The position numbers were made by a program, and so were the translations under genes. A DNA stretch of 63,963 bases, filler included, from Octopus bimaculoides (Eukaryota), in assembly GCF_001194135.2 (NCBI RefSeq). It is 7 parts of 7 records of this genome, joined end to end, with 100 filler letters (N's around TTAATTAATTAA, not from the genome) between each part and the next. Parts side by side here need not be neighbours in the genome. Positions count along the whole stretch, not along the records: positions 31,921 to 44,975 come from NC_068996.1; positions 45,076 to 54,441 come from NC_068993.1; 5 more parts are not named here. One strand, 5' to 3'. The notes beneath the pieces were generated by a model. The model ran no database searches. It had not been told where the DNA came from and saw only the letters and a list, made by a program, of their open reading frames with translations. Shown one piece after another: positions 39,341 to 52,551 of the stretch; positions within the stretch are counted from its first letter, which is position 1, and each line of letters begins with the position of its first letter.

Positions 39341-39621
39341 ACTTCGACAAATCAATAGTTCATTTTCTATCGAGGCTGACAAATGAATGTTTGTGTTTGT
39401 AATAACGGGACTTTAACGTGTGTTCCGTTGCCCCAACTTACGTTTCAGGTTCATCACTGTTGTTTGATTCAACCTTAGCACTGTACACTATCGACTTTTA
39501 CACACACACACGCGCGCGCACACATACCTCTACTACTACGACCAACGGTCTCTGCTACTGCCACTATTACGGCCAACGGTCACTTCCGCTACTCACCACT
39601 ACTGACACGGTCACTACTACA

Positions 39622-39693
<72 letters not shown>

Positions 39694-40792
39694 GCTACTA
39701 CTACAGCCAACGATTCTAGTTAACGCACAAGACAGCCATTATGTTCCCACACATAAAACGCTTCCACGTGGATTCTGTTGACACTAGTAAGAAATAATTA
39801 TGAACTTTTCTTTTATTACACTCTTTAAAATATGTATTTTTGATAAGGTTCGTTTTTTTTTTTCAAGAAGAGCCGAAACATGTAAAATATCTGAGAAAAT
39901 TAAAATTTATCTTGTATAGTGGCGTTTTCAAACTTCTTTTTTATAAATATATACCCACTCGTATGCCACCTACACTTTTTATCAATATATATATATGGCT
40001 CGTGTGTTCTCGTCTACGTTTGTTTGCAATGTCCTGCACCCAGATATGCACCTATACATACAGGTGGATGTCGGTATGCACATACCTGTACGTATATATG
40101 CATATACTCATTTACTATTTGTTTTTACATGATTGAACGCAGCATCTTCCAAATGTAAGTAGTTTTCGTAACTCATATCCTCCGACGCTACTCTNNNNNN
40201 NNNNNNNNNNNNNNNNNNNNNNNNNNNNNNNNNNNNNNNNNNNNNNNNNNNNNNNNNNNNNNNNNNNNNNNNNNNNNNNNNNNNNNNNNNNNNNNNNNNN
40301 NNNNNNNNNNNNNNNNNNNNNNNNNNNNNNNNNNNNNNNNNNNNNNNNNNNNNNNNNNNNNNNNNNNNNNNNNNNNNNNNNNNNNNNNNNNNNNNNNNNN
40401 NNNNNNNNNNNNNNNNNNNNNNNNNNNNNNNNNNNNNNNNNNNNNNNNNNNNNNNNNNNNNNNNNNNNNNNNNNNNNNNNNNNNNNNNNNNNNNNNNNNN
40501 NNNNNNNNNNNNNNNNNNNNNNNNNNNNNNNNNNNNNNNNNNNNNNNNNNNNNNNNNNNNNNNNNNNNNNNNNNNNNNNNNNNNNNNNNNNNNNNNNNNN
40601 NNNNNNNNNNNNNNNNNNNNNNNNNNNNNNNNNNNNNNNNNNNNNNNNNNNNNNNNNNNNNNNNNNNNNNNNNNNNNNNNNNNNNNNNNNNNNNNNNNNN
40701 NNNNNNNNNNNNNNNNNNNNNNNNNNNNNNNNNNNNNNNNNNNNNNNNNNNNNNNNNNNNNNNNNNNNNNNNNNNNNNNNNNNNNNNNNNNN

Positions 40793-40824
<32 letters not shown>

Positions 40825-41812
40825 AATAAATATATAACGAATTGAAAACTTTGGTATTACTACATATATTTCAGTAGCAAATTTTACTATTAATGCATTG
40901 CATCATATAATTTTGTATTCATCATCATATAAGATTATGCAATAACGTGTTTATGTAACATACCATGACAACAGGAAATACTCCATCAATGGCTTGAGTG
41001 ATATGCCCCTACGGATATCACACTGTTGGATGTTTCCTTATTTTCTTTCTTTTTTTTTTTTTTGCAGAAGTGTAAAATACAGACATGTTCGAATTCTTGT
41101 GGAATTAGTTCGTGCTCCCAGTTTATAATAAACAGGATGAGTTGTCTCCTGTATTTTTCCGTCTACTATGTTTATAGATCTCATTAGGAATTGCATCAGA
41201 CCCAGTGGATTTTCCCGCTTGATAGTCTTTTGGGAGTCAGATGAATTTAACCAAATATACATAAGTATACATATAAATAGATATTCAATTTTTTCAGAGA
41301 AACAATTAAGCCAGTATGCTACATTTGTTGAAAAAAATATGCCACATTAAATATACAACAGACATACAAATGCATATTTCTCTTCGGTATACTGAATCTC
41401 AAAGCACATAAATCTATAAATAATAGCTTATAAATATTGGGTTGCTATATATATATATATATATNNNNNNNNNNNNNNNNNNNNNNNNNNNNNNNNNNNN
41501 NNNNNNNNNNNNNNNNNNNNNNNNNNNNNNNNNNNNNNNNNNNNNNNNNNNNNNNNNNNNNNNNNNNNNNNNNNNNNNNNNNNNNNNNNNNNNNNNNNNN
41601 NNNNNNNNNNNNNNNNNNNNNNNNNNNNNNNNNNNNNNNNNNNNNNNNNNNNNNNNNNNNNNNNNNNNNNNNNNNNNNNNNNNNNNNNTATATAAGTATA
41701 TATACCTCTGTGTATATATGTCTTTGATAATAGAAAATTTGAGAGGTTGAAAGTCATGTTAGTATATTTTCAGCGCTTCTCATCTCAAATTTATGTTCTT
41801 ATGTAAACAGAT

Positions 41813-41883
<71 letters not shown>

Positions 41884-42113
41884 TCTGTGGTGACTTGTCT
41901 AGAGATGGGAATAGTAGATACTATATTAACTTCTATATAAATGTGACTTTTATTGGTGTGTATGTTTGTATATATATAAATACATACATACATACATACA
42001 TACATAAGTATATACATACATTAATATATATATGTATGTATGTATGTATGTCTGCATATGTATGTACAGTCACATACACAGAAACGCACAAATATGCGAG
42101 TATGTGTGTGTGC

Positions 42114-42189
<76 letters not shown>

Positions 42190-42564
42190 NNNNNNNNNNN
42201 NNNNNNNNNNNNNNNNNNNNNNNNNNNNNNNNNNNNNNNNNNNNNNNNNNNNNNNNNNNNNNNNNNNNNNNNNNNNNNNNNNNNNNNNNNNNNNNNNNNN
42301 NNNNNNNNNNNNNNNNNNNNNNNNNNNNNNNNNNNNNNNNNNNNNNNNNNNNNNNNNNNNNNNNNNNNNNNNNNNNNNNNNNNNNNNNNNNNNNNNNNNN
42401 NNNNNNNNNNNNNNNNNNNNNNNNNNNNNNNNNNNNNNNNNNNNNNNNNNNNNNNNNNNNNNNNNNNNNNNNNNNNNNNNNNNNNNNNNNNNNNNNNNNN
42501 NNNNNNNNNNNNNNNNNNNNNNNNNNNNNNNNNNNNNNNNNNNNNNNNNNNNNNNNNNNNNNNN

Positions 42565-42596
<32 letters not shown>

Positions 42597-44284
42597 CATA
42601 CATACACACGTGCATGTTTACATACATGTATACATATATATATATGAACCTGTATGTATCCATATACATGTGTGTATGCATAAATATATATACATATATA
42701 TGTATATGCATATATGTATGTATAAATGCATGCATATACATACACTTGTACATAATCACATGAATGTCTCTCACTATCCTTCTCTTTTATATACACACAT
42801 ATTCTTTCTTTCTCTCTCTCTCTCTTTCCCTCTCCTTCTTCATCTCTCTTTCTCTCTCCTTTCTGTGCGTGTGTGCGCGTGTATGCACGGTTTTGAGTGT
42901 GAAATAGTGTTTGTGTCAGGGAATGAATATGTGTGAATGATTAACTGATGTGTGTTCTGTGTTTGTGTTGGGGTTGAGTAAATGAGTTATTTAATCAGTG
43001 ACTGAGTAAGCGTATTAATGAATGAGAGATGAGAAAAAGAAAGAGTAACTGCGTTAATGAATGAGTGACTAACAAAAAAAGTAACAAAGTGAGCGAGAGA
43101 TTGAGTGACAAAAGAAAGAAGTTAAAACAATGAGTGATGAAGAATAAAGCCTGAAAGAATAAAGATTGGATGTTAAGAAGAAGGAGGAACAGAGAATAAA
43201 GTGCGATGGAAGGCGACAGACAGAAATGAGATGTAGAGGAAAGAAAATATGAGTCAAAATTAATAAAAGATTTAATGACAGCTTTAATGGAAGGAAAGAG
43301 AGAAAGAATTACAAGGAATGTAAACAGACAGACAGACAAACATAAAAACAGACAGAGGCACACACAAACAGAAAAGGAATGAAATATAAACGTGGAATAG
43401 AAGAAAGAAATATGAGAGAAAAAATTATAGAAAGAAAGGGAGACGATAGAGAGGTAGTTAGACATGCACACAGGCACAAAGACATACATACAGACACAGA
43501 CAGACACAAGGACACAAATTAATAGGGCAGATAAATTAATAGATAAACAGACAGACAGACACGGATGATAAACAGAACGATCCTTGGAATCCTTCTTTCC
43601 ATTTTAGAAAGTTTATTCTTAACCAGCGAGAATTGTATGTTGCTGACGTCATAAGAATTTAGAAACATTAGAGAGAATGTGGAATAATTCTGTTTTTGGA
43701 ATGGATATTGAAAAACACCCAAAGTTTAAAATACTAACAACTAAATATTGAGCTCAAATACCCCTTTTTGGGGGATAGAATAAAAGAAGAAGGCTACCCG
43801 GCGGTACTCAAATCTACCCACACACGCGCGCACACACACACCCACACACCCACACTCACTCACATACACACTCACTCACAGACACACTCACACACATATA
43901 CACACCCACACCCACTCACTCACACACGCACACACACACATATAGGTAGCTATACACACGCATATACATACACACAAACACACACACATATATATACATA
44001 CACATATACATACATAATGTAGATATAAATATAAATATATAACACCAAAAGAAGTGAACTACTGGTGTGTGCTTGTGTGTGCTTGTGTGTGTGTGTGTGC
44101 GTGTATGTGTGTGTGTGTGCGTTGTATGTGTGTGTGCGTTGTATGTGTGTGTGCGGGTGTGTGTGTGTGCGTGAGCATGTATGTATTTATACTTAAATGT
44201 ATGTATGTTTGTATGTCAATGTATACATGTATATATGCAAGCATGCCTGCATGTAAATATGGATGGATGGATGGATGGATGGAT

Positions 44285-44975
44285 TAAGAGTGTTGAAAAG
44301 CCAAGGGACTCCATCAGATCACAACGATGTAGGACGTACCCCTTTGAGAATACCACATGTACCAATGATAACTGCATGGTATGTAGGATTAACCCTGGCA
44401 TTAACTGTAGAACTAGAAATATAGTCTACAGTATAAGATGCATAGAAGATGCTTGTAAAGACATTGTAAAGACATGAACATGACATACATAGAGGAGACA
44501 TCTAGGAGCATTACGGAAAGACTAAATGAACATTTGAGACAATATGACGACAAAAAACAGTCCTTCATACTCTACCAACATGCCAAGGACCAACACGGAG
44601 GCAGCCTGAGTCATCTTGACATCCGCATCTTATCCAAGCACACAAAGGACCCATCACCCAGATAAATACAGGAGTACGTCCTCATAAATGAAACATCCCC
44701 AGTACTAAATAGNNNNNNNNNNACTGCATGGTATGTAGGATTAACCCTGGCATTAACTGTAGAACTAGAAATATAGTCTACAGTATAAGATGCATAGAAG
44801 ATGCTTGTAAAGACATTGTAAAGACATGAACATGACATACATAGAGGAGACATCTAGGAGCATTACGGAAAGACTAAATGAACATTTGAGACAATATGAC
44901 GACAAAAAACAGTCCTTCATACTCTACCAACATGCCAAGGACCAACACGGAGGCAGCCTGAGTCATCTTGACATC
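44285..44975 (+). mobile_element. Penelope-like GIY-YIG endonuclease remnant (partly duplicated)
   Basis: PFENTTCTNDNCMVC...CRTRNIVYSIRC...YIEETSRSITERLNEH...LYQHAKDQHGG...IQEYVLINETSPVLN; 44371-44623 is repeated at 44723-44975. Confidence 0.85.
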
Positions 44976-45146
44976 NNNNNNNNNNNNNNNNNNNNNNNNN
45001 NNNNNNNNNNNNNNNNNNNTTAATTAATTAANNNNNNNNNNNNNNNNNNNNNNNNNNNNNNNNNNNNNNNNNNNNTATATATATATTCAAACAGAGACAT
45101 ATATGTGTGTGCGTGTTTGTTTGTCTCTCTGTGTGTGCGTACGTAT

Positions 45147-45202
<56 letters not shown>

Positions 45203-45644
45203 GTGTGTTTGATGACAATAATATATTGATTTAAGAGGATTTACGTAATACACACAAAAAATTTTAATGAAATCTTTTGTACGTTCTACTGTAATATTAT
45301 TTCTGGAAAATTTATTTTAATTTGCAAATATTACATAAAAAAAACCAAAGAAATTATCTCTGTATTTGACGACATTAAAAATGTTGATTTAATACTTTGA
45401 CTACTATACCTCTAATTAAATATACTGTCTACGTGTTATTAATTTTCAAAATAATGAATAATTTGCTGAAAATTAGTAACAGAACTCATTTATTACAAGC
45501 TAGAATTTGGACGTGACTTCATTAAACTGTTCTTGCGTAATATTATGAAATAATGCTCCAAATGCGAACACTGCCAAACAGCTTTGTTTAAGGGAACGAG
45601 CGGCAAATCCAGGTGCCTTATAACAAAATTGCTAATGTCACTTA

Positions 45645-45775
45645 AGACGGCGAGCTGGCAGAAACGTTAGCACGCTGGTTGAAATGCTTAGCGGTATTTC
45701 GTCTGTCTTTACGTTCTGAGTTCAAATTCCGCTGAGGTCGACTTTGTCTTTCATCCTTTTCGGAGTCGACAAATT
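45645..45775 (+). mobile_element. SINE (ggcgagctggcaga... family), 3' truncated
   Basis: Aligns to 51981-52120. Confidence 0.85.
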
Positions 45776-45802
45776 ATATATATGTGTATATATATATTTT
45801 TT

Positions 45803-45846
<44 letters not shown>

Positions 45847-47475
45847 CCATATAGATATATACGTATACATATATGTACATACACCTATATATATATATGT
45901 GTGTATATATATATATATGTGTGTGTGTATATGTATGAGTATATATTTATATATATATATGTAAAGAGAGAGAGAGAGGGGGAAGAGTGAAGGAGATAGA
46001 TAGATAGACAGATAGATAGATAGACAGAGATAGATTCATATAACATACGTATATAATTACATACATATGTGTGTGTACGGGTGTGTATGTGTGTGTATAT
46101 GTATGTACGGATATGTTTCATACTAACACACACAAACACACACAGACGCACACAAGCACATTTAGAAAGGAAACATATAATCAGATTGTCATGAAATTTT
46201 CTTAATCTTCTTGTTTCTAGAAACTCCTCCTTAATAATGAAAGAAAGGAAATTGTTAATGTTGGCGGGGATGACCGAGAGGAGATCACAACATTAAACAC
46301 GGCTCAATAATACAAAAAGGCGATAATTTAAAACGAAAGTATCGTTGGTGTATAAGAGGAGGCTTCACAAATGAGTTATAAATATATAATAACACATTAG
46401 TTGGCATTTACCTCATCGAACAGACTTTTGAGTTATAAATGAAGCTTAGCAATATAGCTTCAAAAAGTTTCTGATTTCAACAGAATACAATGGCGGCGCT
46501 ACTGAAGATAAAGATTGCAGAGGAGGAAAATGGGGACAAGGAGTAATTAGCAGTGTTGCCGGGTTGAGTCAAAAGACTGATAGGCGCAGTAGTGGTTGTT
46601 GTCATGGTAACAACTTGTAGGACTGTGATACATCAATAGAACAAGCCATGGTGTGAGAGTGGAGAATGAGGAAGACGGACATGCAGAGAGAGAGAGAGAG
46701 AGAGAAAGTGGGGTTGAGGAAGGGCAACAGAATATTTTTATGTAGACACAAATATGGTTTCTGTGATTAAGATGCACACTTTGCAACCACGTGCTCCCGG
46801 GTTCAGTCCCACTGGATAGGATCTTGCGCATGTGGTTTCTACTATAGCCATGGACCCGAAACCGTGTGGTTGGTAAGCAAGCTNNNNNNNNNNNNNNNNN
46901 NNNNNNNNNNNNNNNNNNNNNNNNNNNNNNNNNNNNNNNNNNNNNNNNNNNNNNNNNNNNNNNNNNNNNNNNNNNNNNNNNNNNNNNNNNNNNNNNNNNN
47001 NNNNNNNNNNNNNNNNNNNNNNNNNNNNNNNNNNNNNNNNNNNNNNNNNNNNNNNNNNNNNNNNNNNNNNNNNNNNNNNNNNNNNNNNNNNNNNNNNNNN
47101 NNNNNNNNNNNNNNNNNNNNNNNNNNNNNNNNNNNNNNNNNNNNNNNNNNNNNNNNNNNNNNNNNNNNNNNNNNNNNNNNNNNNNNNNNNNNNNNNNNNN
47201 NNNNNNNNNNNNNNNNNNNNNNNNNNNNNNNNNNNNNNNNNNNNNNNNNNNNNNNNNNNNNNNNNNNNNNNNNNNNNNNNNNNNNNNNNNNNNNNNNNNN
47301 NNNNNNNNNNNNNNNNNNNNNNNNNNNNNNNNNNNNNNNNNNNNNNNNNNNNNNNNNNNNNNNNNNNNNNNNNNNNNNNNNNNNNNNNNNNNNNNNNNNN
47401 NNNNNNNNNNNNNNNNNNNNNNNNNNNNNNNNNNNNNNNNNNNNNNNNGAGAGAGAGAGAGAGAGAGAGAGAGCC

Positions 47476-47746
47476 GTATACTGTGCAGATATTTTTATTC
47501 CCTAAAAGGTCTTTTTGATTCTCTGAAATCAGCGTGGAATGATATGCTGCAACAGGTTCAAAATATTCTCTTTAAAAACAGCCATTTAAAACAGTCTTAC
47601 GAGGAAAGACAAGCCGCTTAATTAGAGACGGAAATAATAAATAAAGGAGCGCAAAACATTTAATGCCAATAGAGTCAGAGCCTAGAAAGAAAATTATAAA
47701 CGTATCGATTAATGTGTCAGCAGAAACATTCCAAGCGCGCAGTATA
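47476..47746 (+). mobile_element. Probable Tc1-like deletion derivative
   Basis: SLKGLFDSLKSAWNDMLQQVQNILFK resembles a Tc1/Tc3 C-terminal helix; short inverted ends tatactgtgc / gcgcagtata. Confidence 0.4.
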
Positions 47747-47879
47747 TAGATGCGCACGCTCACGTTCATACATGCATATTCACACACGCACGTACATATA
47801 CATAAAGACACACTTGCCCCAAATACCTCGCAGAGTGACTTGAAACCAAAATCGCGTGGTTTCAAAAGCAATACTAAAC

Positions 47880-48380
47880 CACAACAACCTGCGTTATTCT
47901 ACAATAAACATAACCTGCTTCCATCTGCAATAATTCCAATGAAAAGTTTTCCCCATCAAAGTAACACATAGTTAGTGGGTGAAAATGGTCGGTAACATTT
48001 TCTTTTGATGAGTCTTTTAACACCGAAATAATTCTTCAAAGTATCATCGATGCAAGCAGCACAACCTCATTTGTTATTATTCTATTCTGTTCCACGGATA
48101 TTTTCTCAGGTAACTATTTGAATTTCCTTAACCAATAACCTTGAACGACATTAGATTCTAGGGTTTTCCAATCGGAATCTTACAACACTGCTTATTTACA
48201 AACATCTTTTTGACGTATATTTTCTTGTTTATTGATTTTCATTTCATCTCTAAGTGATTTAAACCATTCTTTTCTTTGATCTAATTTTCTCTCCAGAACC
48301 TTTTTTGCTTTCTTCTGCATCTAATAAGATCGGTTTTTGACTTACATTTCCATCTTCTTCTGATCCGTATTGAGTATATA
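47880..48380 (-). mobile_element. R4/Dong-like RT N-terminal remnant
   Basis: VVQGYWLRKFK*LPEKI...CYRPF...WGKLFIGIIAD after frameshifts. Confidence 0.6.
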
Positions 48381-48959
48381 GTTTCGTTTATATTGGCTTA
48401 TTATTCTATGTTCGTATATACCTTGATCTTAAGATGCTTTGCCCAAATTCCTCTATTATGACTCCTAGTGGACTGGCAGAATCGTTTAAGCATCAGACAA
48501 AATACCTTACGGCATTCCTTCCGCGTATTTATATTCCGAGTTAAAATCCAATCGAGGTCAGCTTTGCCTTTTATCTTTTCTGGAGCAATAAAATAAAGTA
48601 CCATTGACGTACCATTCAAGTACTAAAGTTGATGGTAATGACTGGCTCCTCCGATTAAAACTGCCGGCCTTGTACGGAAATCAGAAACTTTGCAAAAAAA
48701 ATGCTGCAAATAAAAACCAGGACCCATATTTACACAGGGAAGACAAATGCGTGGAAACATTTTGTCTTTCTACGAGAATCTTGTTGTCTTTTTAGGAATA
48801 TGCTGATATTGGGGGTTGCGTTCAATGCCTTGACACGATCATAGAACGGGGCTCGCACCTTTGAGCTGGAAAGTGAATGGAATTCCTGGTGCGTCTTGCT
48901 GTGGCTACCCACCCCTAATAGAAAAAGGCGAATAGGCCTTGGCCTTCTCTTTCTTTAAC

Positions 48960-49530
48960 TCCCACTATTTCCCGCTCGTTTATCTCCCCTGTCCTCTTTG
49001 TCTCTGATACTTTCTAATCCTTCAATCCCGCTTCCCCCTACCTATTTCTCCTCCTTTCACGTGACCTGTGTCCGGGCAGCCATGATCTTTCTTTCTTGGC
49101 CTGACTGCCGACCACCAACACCTCTTATGTCCATCTCCCATGTTGCTGCCTTTAGGCTTTCACTTCATACACGCCAGCTCAATTTGATTCGTTCTCAGTC
49201 GAAAGACGCCTATTGTTATTTCTTGTTGTTTATATTCCTAATTGTGTACCATGTTCTCCGTTTTTTTGGGGTTTTTTTTTTTGCTTTTTTTTTTGTCTCT
49301 GTTGTCATACAGATTCGCTAGCTTTCTTACAAAGTGGTCTAATGCCCTTAGCTTAGATTTTTTTTGGAGGCAACTAGATCGATCCATCTCAAGTGTAACT
49401 GACCGAAATGGTCGTGATTTCTGGTACTTGACAGAAGAAAGAAGGCCACGAATGACCCGTCTCTTTTGCCTGTCCTTCTACTCGTTGTTTCTCTTGTCCG
49501 CCTTTGTGTCGTCTATTATGTTTTTGTCCC
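48960..49530 (+). mobile_element. Penelope-like terminal region
   Basis: Homologous to 32110-32640 in reverse (ttagcttagattt, gagtgtaac, cgaatgacccgtc). Confidence 0.55.
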
Positions 49531-51554
49531 AAACACACACACACACACGCACACACATATATATCTTACGAGAATCTATCCATTCTGGCATTGGGAAGAC
49601 GAAAGTTAACATAACTGTGCCTTGGAAAAACCACAGAAGACTTTGATCGTGCAATACACGGAGTAATTTGAAGCAGCACTCACAGATAAACGGAATGAGA
49701 TAGAGCTTATTGCAACACGAGGTGAAAGTACAACCCTTGCTTGAACGAGACCCAGCTGCACATAAAAGGATTCGACAAAATTTCCAGAGAAGAAAGTCGA
49801 GGATTACAATCAAGGACAGAGATGACATTATATATCCCTGCTGGTGTTGACTTACGTGGCACAACATGGGCTGAGAGTCAGTGTGGGCATAAGTTTTAGT
49901 CGTATGTGGTCGAATGGGGTTACCACGGGCATACAAGTCCTCATTACTAGTGAAGACCAGAAAACAATCTCAGAATAAAGATTTAAAGTAGGTGTCGGGA
50001 AAAGGTCCGCTTTTTAGGACGCACTTTATCTGGTCATCTAAAAGGACTATTTTGACCGAAAACCTGAATGCATTTTTTAGCTGGACTTAACCTTTTTCCT
50101 TCTTCAAATGTAACGAATGTTTTGAATCAGAGCTGATGGTTCTGGTAAAAAGTCATTAGGTGATAGTATTATTATTGGAGTAGGCATTGTTGACACAGTT
50201 GATATTTCGACACCGTGTGTATGGCAGTGATTCTAAACTAAAGCTCATCAAATACCGGGACTTCATTTTTTGGCACATCGCCCTCTCTTTAGAAATGAAC
50301 CGACACAATATATTTTGCATATATATAATTCTTTTCTTCAACAAAGTGTTGGACAAGTTTATAAAGACGGAAACCATCTTAACATCTGTTCCAGGACTAG
50401 GCGGTGAGCCGGCAGAATCATTAGCACGCCGGGAAAAATGCCTAACGGCATTTCGTCCGTCTTTACACCGAGATCGACTTTGCCTTTCGTTCTTTCGTGC
50501 TCGATAAAAAAAGTAAAATAAGTCGACGTAATTGACTTACCCTGTCACCCAGAATTGCTGGCCTTGTGCCAAAATTTGAAATCAATACCAATTCCACGAC
50601 TATTTCCCTGTTTAGTTAAGTGTACAGGATAAAGAGAAGGAGAGAGTGAAAGAAACAGATTACAGAACTTGATTGATGCTTTATCGATCGCAGAAAGGAT
50701 TTAAAGCAAAGCTGACGCTGTGGGTATTTGAACTCTGAACACAAAGAATCAGAAAACAAATAATAATAATGCTAGTCACATTTATCTGACACACTAACGT
50801 TTCTGTCAATCGAAAGCATATTCTTTTTATATGCGTATATTATGGTAATTTTATGCATAATCTTCGTTTATCTATCACTGTTACAATTGTTTCTATAGAT
50901 ACAATTATATATTAATAAGGAGATTGTATTCTACAGAGAATAATTATTTTCTTTCTAGCATTGCAAAACGAAACAAAAAATGTAATAACTAAATGAAAAA
51001 GGAAGAAAACAACCCATGTTTTGTGATGTTTTCAGATGCGGTGGTGTATATAATCAAAAAACTACTTTGATAATTTTATCTTTATTTTGTATGTATTACA
51101 TAGAATCATCAGTCTTTATCCTTTACATATTGGTTCCATATTTACATATAGGAACTATCACAAACAGTCATCACTACATATGAGTAGTAACCTAAACGAT
51201 CACCACTACATATAGTCTGGATTACATCCAAGCGCTGCTACATACAGTCACCATCACATGCAGTATTACTACTGTATAGAGTCACAACTTCATACAGGCA
51301 CTATCGCATACAGTCACCATTACGTAGAAACTGCTACACACAAGGACGTCTATATACAGCGACCACAAAATACACTTAACATTAANNNNNNNNNNTGACT
51401 ATCAAAAGAACTATTGCATAGTCGTCACTCTATGCAAGCACTATCATATATAGTCAGTATGATACACACGGCCACCACCATATGCAGATACTACCGTATA
51501 TATGCGCCATTGTGTATACAGTTACCACTATAAATAGGTACCATCACATGAGGC

Positions 51555-51954
51555 AAGTCAATTTGCATCGACGCCAGTGTTTAACTGGTTCTTATTTTAT
51601 CGACACTGATTGGACGAAAGGCAAAGTCGACCTCGGCAGAATTTGAACTCAGAACGTAAAGACTGACGAAGTGCCGCTAAGCGTTTTGCCCGGCGTTCTC
51701 AAGAATCCGCCAGCTTGCTGCCTTATACACAAGCAATATTATGTCCTACTCTAGGCGCGGGGCCCAAAATTTTGGGGAAGGCGCCAGTCGATTAGATCGA
51801 CTCCAGCACGTAACTGGTACTTAATTTATCGAACCCAAAAGATTAAAAAGCAAAGGCGACCGCGGTGGAATTTGAACTCAAAACGTAAAGACTGACAAAG
51901 TACCGCTAAGTATTGTGCCCGGCGTTCTAGCGAATCCACCAGCTTGCTGCCTTA
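51555..51954 (-). mobile_element. Tandem pair of SINEs
   Basis: Both end ccagcttgctgcctta followed by agcaatattatg. Confidence 0.85.
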
Positions 51955-51980
51955 TGCAATAGCAATATTATGATCATTAT

Positions 51981-52210
51981 TAAGGCGGCGAGCTGGCAGA
52001 AACGTTAGCACGCCGGGCGAAATGCTTAGCGCTATTTCGTCGGTCTTTACGTTCTGAGTTCACATTCCACCGAAGTCGACTTTACCTTTCATCCTTTCGG
52101 AGTCTCTAAATTAAGTACCAGTTGCATACTGTGATCGATCTAATTGACTGCCCCCCCCCCGCCACTCTCCAAAAATTTCGGGCCTTGTGCCTAGATTAGA
52201 AAAGAATATT
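51981..52210 (+). mobile_element. Full-length SINE (ggcggcgagctggcaga... family)
   Basis: Head, ttctgagttcacattcc B-box-like motif, gtcgactttacctttcatcctttcgg domain and 3' tail. Confidence 0.9.
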
Positions 52211-52250
52211 ACCAGTATCGTTGTATACAGTCTACAGTGAAGCTTTTCAC

Positions 52251-52551
52251 CAGTGCTATTCAAAGTGGTGGTCGGCGGTCCGGTGCGGGCCATGACTCAC
52301 CAGCTGCCGGTACACAGCGTGTTTCTAGAAAAGAAAGAAACATTATAAAATGCTTGTAAAATGCTTATGTACTATTGTATTATTTGTTTACAAAATAAAT
52401 AAAGATTTTAAAAAATGTCAATTTTTATTTTATTCATTATATATATTGTTTCCGGTATAAATTAATATTACAAAGAAATATTTCCGGTCCCTGACACATC
52501 AGAAGAAAAAAAACTGTCGGTACGCCACATCAGATAGTTTGAGAAGCACCG
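52251..52551. mobile_element. hAT (Charlie-like) MITE
   Basis: Ends cagtgctattcaaa / tttgagaagcaccg; 8-bp flanks cttttcac / ctctacac (6/8). Confidence 0.7.

Noticed and set aside
41068-41190. Strong poly-T acceptor; similar weak exon candidates at 43608, 52905 and 55255-55294
   Set aside because: Poly-T tracts create chance acceptors; no coherent frame or homology.
41793-42936. Long ORFs of 200-340 aa here and at 4.6, 10.4, 33.5 and 46.9 kb
   Set aside because: Made of N gaps and di/tetranucleotide repeats.
44723-44975. Identical 253-bp duplicate of the PLE fragment
   Set aside because: Bounded by gaps on both sides; most likely an unmerged contig overlap, though PLE tandem structure cannot be excluded.
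47509-47621. Apparent phase-1 terminal exon GLFDSLKSAWNDMLQQVQNIL... with AATAAA
   Set aside because: Better explained as a Tc1-like transposase C-terminus within short inverted ends; the acceptor is a weak AAG.
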